Origin: an uncultured Candidatus Saccharibacteria bacterium
GTDB lineage: Bacteria; Patescibacteriota; Minisyncoccia; Phycocordibacterales; CSBR16-119
DNA length: 64,000 nt
Direction of reading: 5' to 3'
Assembly (NCBI GenBank): GCA_964490365.1
Contig: CAZBAG010000002.1
Coordinates: 6,411 to 70,410 of the forward strand
Part shown: positions 20,368 to 29,969 of the stretch, piece by piece
How the letters are laid out: every line of letters starts with the position of its first letter
Numbering within the stretch: the first letter of the stretch is position 1
Notes under the pieces: model-generated
Databases searched by the model: none
What the model was told of the DNA's origin: nothing
The model's input: the letters and a program-made list of their open reading frames with translations, nothing else
Position numbers and translations under genes: made by a program

Positions 20368-21912
20368 TTATTGAAACGTAACATGCCAATGCTGGGCAGT
20401 AGTGTTGTTTGTAGAACCGGAAGGTTCAGCATAAAAACTACCAAAACCAGGAACATTTATTGTAGCACCTCGCGGAAAATTTGAGCTTTGATTTGGTCCA
20501 CCAGGTAACGATGTAAGATACGAATTTAAGGTTAGCGTTGCTCTCATATCTACTACTTTTTTATTTGGGCCATGAGTTCTATGAAGCCATGCCTCACTCC
20601 CTCCCGTTATAACCAAATCACAGTTACATTGATTTTTAAAACTAATTATTTGAGAAATAAGATCAGAGGCTGAGCCTTCAAAATAAACAGATGTACAGCC
20701 TGATCCTCCTGCTGTTGGAGAACAGTCGTTGGGAGTATTGACAGTAACTCCAGCCGCTGCAAGCTGATTTCTTTGAGCAGTATCACTTGGCCAAGGCATT
20801 CCCTGGACAATTGGCTGACCACCAAGACTTGCAGTTGGGGCAATATTTGTACCTGGAGCAGCGTTACCATTGTTCCACTCCTCTGTTGGACCATCAAGAG
20901 AAACTGTTGGTATCTCTAGACTCAAATCTTCTGCTAAATCTGGATTTACTGTATTTAAAATAACCCAAGCACCTAATGCCAAGATGAGTCCCACAATGGC
21001 GTTAATAATATATTCTTTTGCTTGACCCTTTCCTCCAAACGACTCAGAAGTCATGTAGGTAATACCGCCAACAATAATCATAATGAGCGCAAGAAGACCC
21101 GCAATAACGATTAGTATCGTAAACAAAGATTCAAACCATTGCCCAAGGTTTAGGTCAGCTGTAAAACCAGGGAGAGGCGCCAGCGGTTCGGTTGAATATT
21201 CGCTTGGTACAACAGTATTACTTCCACCGGTACCTGGGGTAGTAACATTTACTGTTCCCGTGTCGGTTGAACATATGTTTGGAGGGCCGTACGACAACAC
21301 ATTTGGGGTAGAGCCTTGACCCTGTGGACAACCAACAACCCAATCAAAATTACATATAAAATCACATTCGTACTGTATTCCCGTAGAAGGAAGATCAAAG
21401 AGTTCTGGACTACCTTGAGCGCTTGTATTAAATATTTTTATCGACAAATTACAATCTTCAATTGTTGGAGTTGCCTCGCACGAACCAAGATTCCCTTCTT
21501 CGCCCACAATGAGCGGAATAGTAAAGTTTGAACTTGTTGTTTCAAAATGAACACTTCCTCCCTGCTGAGAGTTTGATCCTACTTGTTTCACTCGAATTCT
21601 AATATCCTGAATAGGTTCAACCTCAAATGTAGGTGCTGATGGGTTTACTGAGATATCCACATCAACATTTTGAATCAATATCCTTAAAACATTTCCAGTA
21701 GTAGTATCACAGTTCGTAGTCTGAATATCCATATAAAAATATGGCGGTGCTTCATCGTTATAGTTGTTGATTGTTGACCCTGTCGGTATTCTTGGTGTAA
21801 ACGATGTTACCTGACATGCTTCTGCAGACGAAGTACCGAAAAACAAAAAGAAGCCGAGACAAAAAGAACTTACTAAAAGAAATTGTTTGAAAAGCTTATT
21901 CATTGTTTGCAA
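20368..21912 (-). CDS. T4SS pilin (TrbC/VirB2-like) domain protein with a C-terminal M15-like metallopeptidase fold
   Basis: Pilin hairpin IAGLLALIMIIVGGITYMTS..AKEYIINAIVGLILALGAWVILNTVNPDL; ITGGSE..H..H..D..HWHV at the C-terminus. Confidence 0.7.
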   Translation of the reverse strand: MQTMNKLFKQFLLVSSFCLGFFLFFGTSSAEACQVTSFTPRIPTGSTINNYNDEAPPYFYMDIQTTNCDTTTGNVLRILIQNVDVDISVNPSAPTFEVEPIQDIRIRVKQVGSNSQQGGSVHFETTSSNFTIPLIVGEEGNLGSCEATPTIEDCNLSIKIFNTSAQGSPELFDLPSTGIQYECDFICNFDWVVGCPQGQGSTPNVLSYGPPNICSTDTGTVNVTTPGTGGSNTVVPSEYSTEPLAPLPGFTADLNLGQWFESLFTILIVIAGLLALIMIIVGGITYMTSESFGGKGQAKEYIINAIVGLILALGAWVILNTVNPDLAEDLSLEIPTVSLDGPTEEWNNGNAAPGTNIAPTASLGGQPIVQGMPWPSDTAQRNQLAAAGVTVNTPNDCSPTAGGSGCTSVYFEGSASDLISQIISFKNQCNCDLVITGGSEAWLHRTHGPNKKVVDMRATLTLNSYLTSLPGGPNQSSNFPRGATINVPGFGSFYAEPSGSTNNTTAQHWHVTFQ

Positions 21913-22864
21913 TATTTAATCGTAATATTCGTGCATTTTGCTGTAGTAACTGTGAAGTATTATTTGTACTAAAACCAACCTCAACATTTGTTATCCTATC
22001 TGCAATGGTAAGAAGAATGCTGTTTTTAACATCGGTTGGAGTAGCACGCCCGTTAAGCTTCCATTCTGTTTGAAGTGATGGATCGTTTAAACTATTGGTA
22101 AATATAAAATATGGCTCTGCAATAAGATTGATCGATCTCTTTGTAAACGTTTGATTGTTTTTAACTGCCTTGTTATACAAAGGTCCGTACGAAACATTGT
22201 ATTCATAGAAATGAATTTCGCTTGATGCTGGAGCAATAAGAATATTTCGAGCAAGAGATCTTGAAAAGCCCGTTCCGGCAACTTCAATCGTGTTTTCTTT
22301 ATCAAGAGCAGAAGACAAATACGTAAAACTATTCAGGCCGTATCCTGATTGTCCTGCAAAATTAGAACCATCTTTTCGCCATGCATAGCTGTACAAAGCG
22401 GCGTCAGGAACAAGTCCTTTGTCGTTTTTTATTTGAGGTAGTGCTACCACTTTAACCCGTGAGCCTTTAATCGGAAATACTTTTCCTTTATAGAAAGGTG
22501 GTTCGTAGCCACCAACAACCTCCCACAACACATCAATAGATGAAGGTTGTATTTTAATAGATTGCTCAACAAGCTGATTTTTTATTTTAAGTGTCGCACG
22601 TATCGTATTTCCACTATCGCCAACAACGAAGCTGTAGTTTTTCATGCCAATTCCCTTTTTATCAAGCTTTCCATCTTTATACCAAGACACTTCTACAGCG
22701 TTTATGTCGGTGTCGAAAGACGTAAGAGATAAAGAAACGCTATCACCCGTTGGTGGATACAGAGACGACGCCTGTAGCTCAAGCGACTGCGCATGAGAAA
22801 AAAGAGGTAGCGCTAAAAAAAGAAAGGTTCCACCTATAACTTTTTTTAGCAATGAAGTACTCAT
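21896..22864 (-). CDS. Exported Ig-like protein of the CPR T4SS-like operon
   Basis: Signal peptide; PPFYKGK motif; position in the operon. Confidence 0.65.
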   Translation of the reverse strand: MSTSLLKKVIGGTFLFLALPLFSHAQSLELQASSLYPPTGDSVSLSLTSFDTDINAVEVSWYKDGKLDKKGIGMKNYSFVVGDSGNTIRATLKIKNQLVEQSIKIQPSSIDVLWEVVGGYEPPFYKGKVFPIKGSRVKVVALPQIKNDKGLVPDAALYSYAWRKDGSNFAGQSGYGLNSFTYLSSALDKENTIEVAGTGFSRSLARNILIAPASSEIHFYEYNVSYGPLYNKAVKNNQTFTKRSINLIAEPYFIFTNSLNDPSLQTEWKLNGRATPTDVKNSILLTIADRITNVEVGFSTNNTSQLLQQNARILRLNIANNE

Positions 22865-22870
22865 AATAAC

Positions 22871-23509
22871 CTAAGATTTTAATTCCTCTGCAACTTCTTT
22901 TTCTATGTTTGATATTTCTCCTGTCAGAGTTTCTACTTTATGTAATTGATCTTCGATTTTTCCTTTTGAATCTTCGAGTTCTTTAATATTTTGAATTCCT
23001 TTCGCAATATCTTCTTTGACATGTTTTAGATTATCGAGTTCTTTTTGAACTTCTGTTTTTTTCAGACCAAGCTTTTCTTGGATTTTTGACAACATGCCAC
23101 GAAGACTGAAGACTTTTTCGTTTAATGATTCATTTTTTACTGGGATTGTTTGTCCAACAGTTTTTTTAAACTCTTGCTCAAGATCCGAAGCACTTGCCAT
23201 AGTTTCTGCTTGTTTTGGAGCAGGTGCCACAGGATTTGGCACTACAGGCGTTGTAGGTTTGGCGGCCGCAGCATTCATATCCATTTTTTCTTTAAGTGCG
23301 CTTAGGTCTTCTTTGTTTTCTGGTGCAACAAAATTAATACCAATATCTTTAAGATCTGCATCATCTTTTGAAGATGGTGCACTGTCTATATCGACAAATG
23401 TTTCTGTTTTTTCTTCTGTAGACGACAAATCAACCCCTGCATTGTGTAGTGTGTCCTTTTCTCCTCCTGTTATATTATTTGCTGTTTTATTATCTGTATC
23501 CATTGGCAT
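22871..23509 (-). CDS. Coiled-coil hypothetical protein
   Basis: Acidic N-terminus; C-terminal heptad repeats. Confidence 0.65.
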   Translation of the reverse strand: MPMDTDNKTANNITGGEKDTLHNAGVDLSSTEEKTETFVDIDSAPSSKDDADLKDIGINFVAPENKEDLSALKEKMDMNAAAAKPTTPVVPNPVAPAPKQAETMASASDLEQEFKKTVGQTIPVKNESLNEKVFSLRGMLSKIQEKLGLKKTEVQKELDNLKHVKEDIAKGIQNIKELEDSKGKIEDQLHKVETLTGEISNIEKEVAEELKS

Positions 23510-23555
23510 TATTATACCAAGAAGATTCAGAAAGAGTATTTAACTATTGTGAATA

Positions 23556-25613
23556 TTAGGCCTGTTCTTTGAACATTCGCTCAAGCTCTTCAATTTCAGC
23601 ATCAAGCCGTTTACGTTCATCTTCCATGGTTTCTGCCTCGGTTTTTGAAGTAGGAGAAGATTCTAGGGCTTCTGACACTACTTCCGCTTGTTTTTCCATG
23701 ACAGGCCCTGGTTCAACTGGCTCAGGAGACGCCTCTACAGAACTTTCGTAGGTTATAGGGTATTCTTCTTTTGCTGGCTGACTTGACCCCTCTTCTTCTT
23801 GCATATACTCGTCTTTTGCCTTTTTAATAGCAAGGATTTGAGACGGATCGGAGGTAATAATTTGATCTTCAGTATATGAGGCAATGATTTTAATGGCTAC
23901 GTGCTTAAGACCCGCAAAGAAAATTCCTTCTCCAACTTCAGATTCAAGAAGTAGGTATTTTTCTTCATCGGTTAAATTAAACACTTTTTGCAAAGCATCA
24001 GCAGAGCTTGTCGATTGCTTTAAGAGAAGTTGCATCGATGAGTTTGTAACGATCGGCATGCCGTACGGAGAGTTAATAAAATCATTTACGTCCTGAGTAA
24101 TTGTTGAAAGGCCGAGATAATATTTTCGTCCTCGTTTTGCGATCGAATACAAGAAACTCGCCGTATCCTCAGATTTCATCATCCACCACGCCTCATCAAC
24201 GATCAGTAATCGTTTTTTTAGATTTTTTCTAACCGCGTTCCAGATAAAGTGCGTAATAATATACATAGCAACAGGTTTGAGGTCGTCTTCCATGTCTCGC
24301 ACAGAGAACACAATAAATTTTCTATTAATATCAACGTTTGTTGGCTGATTCAAGAAATTTTTCCATGTTCCTTGTGTATATTTTAAAAGTCGTGTTACGA
24401 CTGACTCACTTCCCTCGAGACCAGAAAGAACCATTTCAAAATCAGAAAGAAGCGGTGGTTCAATATTTGCAAAGTCTGACTCTGCAGAAATATCTTTCAT
24501 GGCATAGGTTTCCGTAATTGCCTTATCGATCAACGCATCTTCTTCTGGTGTAAGACCGCCGAGCATAATACGAAAGAGTCCAACAAGCTGAATCGTGTTT
24601 CCTCGAAGTACATCTTCAGGTGTTTCGTCGCCTGTCGGCATTGGAAGGTCAAATGGGTTGATATGATGCTCTGAAGAAAGCGAAATATTGAAATATCGTC
24701 CACCAATCGCCTCGGCCAAATATTCGTATTCTCGTTCAGGGTCAATAACAATCACCTCTGCATCAAACATAAGCGTTCGAAGAATTTCAAGTTTTGTTGA
24801 ATATGATTTACCGGAACCAGACTTCGCAAACGTTACCGAGTTATAGTTTTCAAGAGAAAATCGATCGAAAATAATGAGCGACGAGTTGTGTCGATTCACC
24901 CCATACAAAATACCCTTGTCTGAAGATAGGTCAAACGAAACGAATGGAAACAGACTTGAAAGTGGTTCAGAATTTAATTTTTGGTGAATTGCCAGAAAGT
25001 CATTCCCTGTTGGAATCACACTGTTGAATCCAACATCTTGCTGGAACAATGCTGGCTTAATGTATACGAGCTTTGATTCGAGCATTGATTTCACTTCGCT
25101 CTCTATTTTTGAAAGCTCTTTTTCATTGTCAGCATAGAGTGTGATATACAAACCAACATCAAACATTTTTTGTTGGGCTTGTTGTAAGCTGTCTCGAAGA
25201 CTTTCAAGATCTTGATACGCTGTATCAAGCACGGGGTCGCGAACCAAACCTTTTGATTCACGAACATTGATTTGACTTTGCACTTCAGCAACTTTCTTTT
25301 GGAATTTTTTTAGAATATCTTCAGTGTTGATGTCGTGAATATGAATTGCAACATCAAAAATTTTGTCGAGGTTAATGATTGGTGTAAACCAGTTATCTGA
25401 CAAATATCGTGGATATGAGATCACGAAATATGTTCTTGTTATTTTGTCACCAAGGTTAAGATTTTTTGGCGACACCTTAAGAGCAGAAGGAGCGAGAATA
25501 TCTTGAAGCTCAAGCGTAGCCGCTTCATAAATCTCTTTCGGCAACACTGGCATGATTTCACGCTTTTTTGATCCGGTTTTATTTGATTTTAAGATAGTAT
25601 CAAGAAAACCCAT
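23556..25613 (-). CDS. virB4: VirB4/TraC-like secretion ATPase
   Basis: Walker A AKSGSGKS; VIDPERE; Walker B LIVDEAW; RGRKY and TQDVNDF. Confidence 0.9.
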   Translation of the reverse strand: MGFLDTILKSNKTGSKKREIMPVLPKEIYEAATLELQDILAPSALKVSPKNLNLGDKITRTYFVISYPRYLSDNWFTPIINLDKIFDVAIHIHDINTEDILKKFQKKVAEVQSQINVRESKGLVRDPVLDTAYQDLESLRDSLQQAQQKMFDVGLYITLYADNEKELSKIESEVKSMLESKLVYIKPALFQQDVGFNSVIPTGNDFLAIHQKLNSEPLSSLFPFVSFDLSSDKGILYGVNRHNSSLIIFDRFSLENYNSVTFAKSGSGKSYSTKLEILRTLMFDAEVIVIDPEREYEYLAEAIGGRYFNISLSSEHHINPFDLPMPTGDETPEDVLRGNTIQLVGLFRIMLGGLTPEEDALIDKAITETYAMKDISAESDFANIEPPLLSDFEMVLSGLEGSESVVTRLLKYTQGTWKNFLNQPTNVDINRKFIVFSVRDMEDDLKPVAMYIITHFIWNAVRKNLKKRLLIVDEAWWMMKSEDTASFLYSIAKRGRKYYLGLSTITQDVNDFINSPYGMPIVTNSSMQLLLKQSTSSADALQKVFNLTDEEKYLLLESEVGEGIFFAGLKHVAIKIIASYTEDQIITSDPSQILAIKKAKDEYMQEEEGSSQPAKEEYPITYESSVEASPEPVEPGPVMEKQAEVVSEALESSPTSKTEAETMEDERKRLDAEIEELERMFKEQA

Positions 25614-25614
25614 A

Positions 25615-26250
25615 TTATTCTTTATTAAAACTTATCTTTGATTCAGCATCTCCGGGGTTAAATACTCGGTAAAAAAGCTCAACTTCTTCGTCTGTTTTCA
25701 GTGCCACGGTTCGCACGCCGACACGAGAAAGACCCTGTTGCACAAGTGAAACTCTTTGTTCAAGTTGAGATCTATATGATTCAAATTCTGCCTTTTTATC
25801 CTTTTCAATTTTTGAGCTTGGTAAAATTTTATCAAGAAAACCACCAGAGGTTGGCAATACTGCGGGTGTATACGGAACAATGATAAAGAAGTGTTTCGTC
25901 ATAATATTTACATTATCCGTGAAGTTTTGGATAAATTGCATATATTCTTGAGTTTGTATTTTCAAAAGAGGTTCCGTCTGAATTTTCAACTTCTCTTCAA
26001 GTGTTGCTAGGTACGACGTAACATCATATTTTCGAGATTGAATTGAAATTTGCACTGAGAAATCAAGTGTATTTAGGAAGTTTTGAAACTGCATGATAAT
26101 TGCATTTTGTTCATCTTCTGACTTAAGCGAGATGTTTACCGATGACGCCATCAACACTGAACGCAATCCGCCATCTTTTAAAACAACGATTCCATCTTGA
26201 ATCTCTTTTATAGGAACAAATTCTTGTGATGCGCGTGCATTTAATGCCAT
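25615..26250 (-). CDS. VirB4-associated protein (TraC N-terminal-like)
   Basis: SQEFVPIKEIQDG..LKSEDEQNAI..FQNFLNTLDF; sits between PrgI and VirB4. Confidence 0.75.
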   Translation of the reverse strand: MALNARASQEFVPIKEIQDGIVVLKDGGLRSVLMASSVNISLKSEDEQNAIIMQFQNFLNTLDFSVQISIQSRKYDVTSYLATLEEKLKIQTEPLLKIQTQEYMQFIQNFTDNVNIMTKHFFIIVPYTPAVLPTSGGFLDKILPSSKIEKDKKAEFESYRSQLEQRVSLVQQGLSRVGVRTVALKTDEEVELFYRVFNPGDAESKISFNKE

Positions 26251-26276
26251 AGAGGTAAGTATATTCTATCACACAA

Positions 26277-26696
26277 CTATTTTTGTCTTTTGTTCATATC
26301 CAATACATCGAGACTCCATGATATGTCTTTTAATTTACTTTCGGTAAGCCGAGGCAAATTATCCGAAGAAGTGGGGTTCAGCGATGCACGACTTGGTAAG
26401 ACTTTTTCTTTCTTTGGAGCTCGTTGTCGCCAAATAAAAAGTTTACTTCTGAAAAAATAGACGAATGATGATTGAAGAACTTCTGAAAATTCTCGGCCAT
26501 TTACTTTGTAAAATGTGAGAAGGAGTGCAAGTCCAACAATAACAAGTATCGCTGGGATAGCAATAAGGATAGGCAGTGTTTTATAAAACACATATCCCCC
26601 ACCAGCGCCACCTAAAAGATAGATGAATTGTTTAAAGGTAAAAGGACCAAAAATTTTATCTTCTATTTCAATAAATTGTGGAACTTGGAATCGCAT
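26277..26696 (-). CDS. PrgI family protein (VirB3-like)
   Basis: MRFQVPQFIEIEDKIFGPFTFKQF followed by two TM segments. Confidence 0.88.
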   Translation of the reverse strand: MRFQVPQFIEIEDKIFGPFTFKQFIYLLGGAGGGYVFYKTLPILIAIPAILVIVGLALLLTFYKVNGREFSEVLQSSFVYFFRSKLFIWRQRAPKKEKVLPSRASLNPTSSDNLPRLTESKLKDISWSLDVLDMNKRQK

Positions 26697-26712
26697 GTCT
26701 TTATTATAAATC

Positions 26713-26747
26713 AGGAAGTAGTAAGTAAAAAGTAGGAAGTAGTGAGT
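26713..26747. repeat. Heptamer array (ANNNAGT)x5
   Basis: aggaagt agtaagt aaaaagt aggaagt agtgagt. Confidence 0.8.
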
Positions 26748-26749
26748 AA

Positions 26750-27097
26750 CTATTTATTAACGAAATAGTTAAGAAGCTTCATGGTTTCATTAAGAAGGGT
26801 ATCTGTCTTTGAAAAATCAAATTTCTTTGTTAATTTCAATCGTTTAATAATCTCTATTTGTGTTTCAAGCTCAGCACCAGAACCAAAAGCAATGAGTAAG
26901 AATTGCTTAAATGATTTACTTGAATTTATTCTAAATCCCTCTGCAATATTTGATGGAATGGATACTGACGCTCTTGTTATTTGTGATGATAAACCAAATT
27001 TTTCTTCAGAGGGTAATTGTTTTACAAGTTTGTAAATCTCCTCAACAAGACTCATAGATTTTTGCCATACAATGAGATCTTTATGTCCGTTTTTCAT
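26750..27097 (-). CDS. Four helix bundle protein (23S rRNA IVP/Avd-like family)
   Basis: HKDLIVWQKS..LPSEEKFGLSSQITRASVSIPSNIAEG..AFGSGAELETQ. Confidence 0.93.
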   Translation of the reverse strand: MKNGHKDLIVWQKSMSLVEEIYKLVKQLPSEEKFGLSSQITRASVSIPSNIAEGFRINSSKSFKQFLLIAFGSGAELETQIEIIKRLKLTKKFDFSKTDTLLNETMKLLNYFVNK

Positions 27098-27106
27098 AAA
27101 GTTTTT

Positions 27107-27141
27107 ACTTACTACTCTCTACTCACTACTTTTTACTTGCT
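27107..27141. repeat. Heptamer array (ACTNNNT)x5, inverted relative to 26713-26747
   Basis: acttact actctct actcact acttttt acttgct. Confidence 0.8.
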
Positions 27142-27733
27142 ATTCTATTGGTTCACGGTATGGATCAAAAGCAACTTTTGGCATAGTAACCACATTATCT
27201 TTCACTTGTTGTTCGGGAACACTGACTGGTGGTTTTTCTGGTTCTGGAGGAGGAACAGCCACTACTAACTTTTCCTGTGTTGGTTTTTGAGTATCCACCA
27301 TAGTAATAAGGGGTTTTTTGTCAGTTCGTGGAACATAGTTATCCTCCAATTCAACACCAGCATGGTGAAGTTCGTCTTTTTCTTCATCGGCCATAATTTC
27401 TCCTGCACTTACCTTTTCATAGTGCACTTTCAGAGCATCACGAATCTTTGAAAACAGTCGATTGTTTATTTCGTCAACAATATTCATGAGTTCGTCATCG
27501 TTTAAACCAATTCTTTTTTGAATATTGTCGGGAAAGTGTTTTGGGTGTTCAAGTCCGATCATGGTTAAGATTGTTTCAACAGACAAGATATCGATGTCAT
27601 CGATATGCATTTTATGTTCACGACCAATGTTGAACACTGTTCTCTCCCAATCAGAAAGCTTAATAGCCTCAGCAACTTCTGCTGGAATTTTATGCATTTG
27701 ATCGGCTATTAACTTTTTTTGATTGTCATCCAT
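27140..27733 (-). CDS. Conserved CPR-type hypothetical protein
   Basis: Ends in DPYREPIE; position in the operon. Confidence 0.7.
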   Translation of the reverse strand: MDDNQKKLIADQMHKIPAEVAEAIKLSDWERTVFNIGREHKMHIDDIDILSVETILTMIGLEHPKHFPDNIQKRIGLNDDELMNIVDEINNRLFSKIRDALKVHYEKVSAGEIMADEEKDELHHAGVELEDNYVPRTDKKPLITMVDTQKPTQEKLVVAVPPPEPEKPPVSVPEQQVKDNVVTMPKVAFDPYREPIE

Positions 27734-27736
27734 ATA

Positions 27737-29911
27737 TTATTTTCCACCTTCATCTTTCTTTTCCTCCTTTGGTTTTTCGTCTTTTTTCTCTTCTTTTGGT
27801 TTTTCGTCTTTCTCTTTAGATTCTGATTCTTGTTCTTCTTTTACAAATGCTAGCGCCGCCTCTGCTGCCTTTTCCTTTTTACTCTTTTCTTTTGAAAGTC
27901 CTCTTATCTTTTCAGCAGTCTGTTTTGCATTACCGGTTGCAAGATCGTACGGATTAAACACTCCTTTTATCCAACCATCTTCAACTTCTCGAGCATATTC
28001 AAATTGTCTTCGCTTAGTTTCATCCTTAACGATTGCATCCTTATTGTTAAGTTCTTTTTTCTTTTTAATATCATTGTCAATTTCAGAAATTTTTTCATCT
28101 TTTTCTTTTTTAGCCTTTTCAAGATCTGCCTTAAGTGTTACCTCTTCATCTCTCTCTCTCTGACTCATGGCACCGAAACCTGCTTTAGATTTTTTACCAA
28201 GTTCTTCTAGTCGTTTAGATATTGTTTCTGTGTTTGTCTTGAAACCACTCTCAACGGCGTTTCTATTTTCTTCTAAAGCATTTATTTCTTTAGTAATTTC
28301 TCCTTGGCGTTGTTTAACAAGCGTATCTTTCTCTCCGGAACGCACAGTTCCTAATTCTTTAGCGAGTTCAACACGACGTTTTTCAGCAGACTCTTCATAT
28401 TTCTTTCTGCTCTGATCACTACCCTTACCAGCGTTAAAATCTTTGCCACCAAAACCAGTCATGCCGTACCCAAGACCAGTTCCAACCACTCCTGAAATCT
28501 TACCTGCTAAACCTTTTGCCTTTGATGCATTTCTAATATCCAAACTGCTTTCATTTACTTTCTTAAGTGCACTTCTTTGAACCATAAGCTGCCATTTGTT
28601 TAGACCTTTTGCATCAGCAATTCTTTTTTCATAATTACCAGTCTCAAGGGCACCACCTGCAAACCGTCCCACAGTTGCTCTTCCCACAAAAGCGGTTGCA
28701 CCGAGTGCCGCGCCACCAACAAACCCAAGTGCTTTTCCAACAAAACTTTTAACCATGCCGCCAAATTCACCCGCCATACTATCTGCTGTTTTTTTAGCAA
28801 CTTGCAGGAGTGTGATAATAAATAGGAATGGGATAAACACTTTCATAAGAGCCACAAACATACTTGAGCCCTCTGCAGGAGCTAATGATTCACCTGTTCC
28901 TAGAATTGAGAGGAATGAAATAGTTAAGTAGAGAAAGAAAATAAACACAGGCGCAAGAAACGCAAGTTTGATCACATTGTCTTTCCATGAATCGAAGCTC
29001 AGTTGCTTGAAGAACCCACCACTACCTGGAACAGCAAGCGTAATAAACGCAATTGGAGAGAAGATCATGGCAAACCAAAGACCAATTACTCGACCAATAA
29101 AAGTGAGAGAGACAGATAAAAACGTCCACGCTAACACAAGGTTAACAACTGTCATTAAAATAAATATGAGGAAAATTGTACCTGTGTTTCCAGATATATC
29201 TGGGGTGACTGTTCCTTGAAACTGACCTGTCGTCTGATCAATGGAACCAATTTGCCCGCCCGCACCAGATTCAAAAAGTGCCGTGCTTAATAAATTCTGA
29301 GGATTAATCTTGTCGACAATACCATAGGTGATTGATTTGTAACCTTCAACATCTTCGTATGTTGTATCATTTTCAATAACAATACTGTTGTAGAATGCTC
29401 TGGCAAGAATATTACCAGCATCAATAACAACTTTAGTAAAAAAGAGACTGAAGTTAAGAAGCAAAGCAACGATAATAAGCGTTGGAATATATTTTTTAGA
29501 ACTTGATCCTAAAATATGTTTTATCGCAAGATAGAGAAGTGTAAAAATAAATGCAATATTTGAAATATCCCTAATCAAACCCCAGCCTTTCACAATAAAG
29601 TCTGATCGGTAGGCATTTGAATCAAGACTGTAACCAAGGAAGAAGTCGAGAAGCTGAGCAACGAGCCCAACTAAACCAAAGCTGGGTTGCAAAATAACGT
29701 TATAAAAAGCATAGAGGAGACAATTTGCACTAAATGGATTAGATAGTCCTGAACAATTTTGATCTACAGCATTTTCAATACCTGTATTAACAGAGAGAGC
29801 TGAAGGCGTAGTTGTTTGTGCGTGCACAAAAGAGACCGGAGAAACGAAGTATCCACTAAAAACAACGAATATTGAAGCCGTCAAAATTGCTATTTTTTTC
29901 ATTACACGCAC
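27737..29911 (-). CDS. VirB6/TrbL-like polytopic membrane protein with a charged C-terminal tail
   Basis: GWGLIRDISN; LIIVALLLNFSLFFTKVVIDAGN; multiple TM segments; Gly/Ala-rich linker. Confidence 0.75.
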   Translation of the reverse strand: MRVMKKIAILTASIFVVFSGYFVSPVSFVHAQTTTPSALSVNTGIENAVDQNCSGLSNPFSANCLLYAFYNVILQPSFGLVGLVAQLLDFFLGYSLDSNAYRSDFIVKGWGLIRDISNIAFIFTLLYLAIKHILGSSSKKYIPTLIIVALLLNFSLFFTKVVIDAGNILARAFYNSIVIENDTTYEDVEGYKSITYGIVDKINPQNLLSTALFESGAGGQIGSIDQTTGQFQGTVTPDISGNTGTIFLIFILMTVVNLVLAWTFLSVSLTFIGRVIGLWFAMIFSPIAFITLAVPGSGGFFKQLSFDSWKDNVIKLAFLAPVFIFFLYLTISFLSILGTGESLAPAEGSSMFVALMKVFIPFLFIITLLQVAKKTADSMAGEFGGMVKSFVGKALGFVGGAALGATAFVGRATVGRFAGGALETGNYEKRIADAKGLNKWQLMVQRSALKKVNESSLDIRNASKAKGLAGKISGVVGTGLGYGMTGFGGKDFNAGKGSDQSRKKYEESAEKRRVELAKELGTVRSGEKDTLVKQRQGEITKEINALEENRNAVESGFKTNTETISKRLEELGKKSKAGFGAMSQRERDEEVTLKADLEKAKKEKDEKISEIDNDIKKKKELNNKDAIVKDETKRRQFEYAREVEDGWIKGVFNPYDLATGNAKQTAEKIRGLSKEKSKKEKAAEAALAFVKEEQESESKEKDEKPKEEKKDEKPKEEKKDEGGK

Positions 29912-29969
29912 ATAAAATGCACTATGAAGAAATTATATCATTCTTCTTGAAAACGATATGTGCAAATCC

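Noticed and set aside
26750-27097. Diversity-generating retroelement suggested by the Avd-like protein
   Set aside because: No reverse transcriptase and no TR/VR pair with adenine-specific mismatches were seen in the window.
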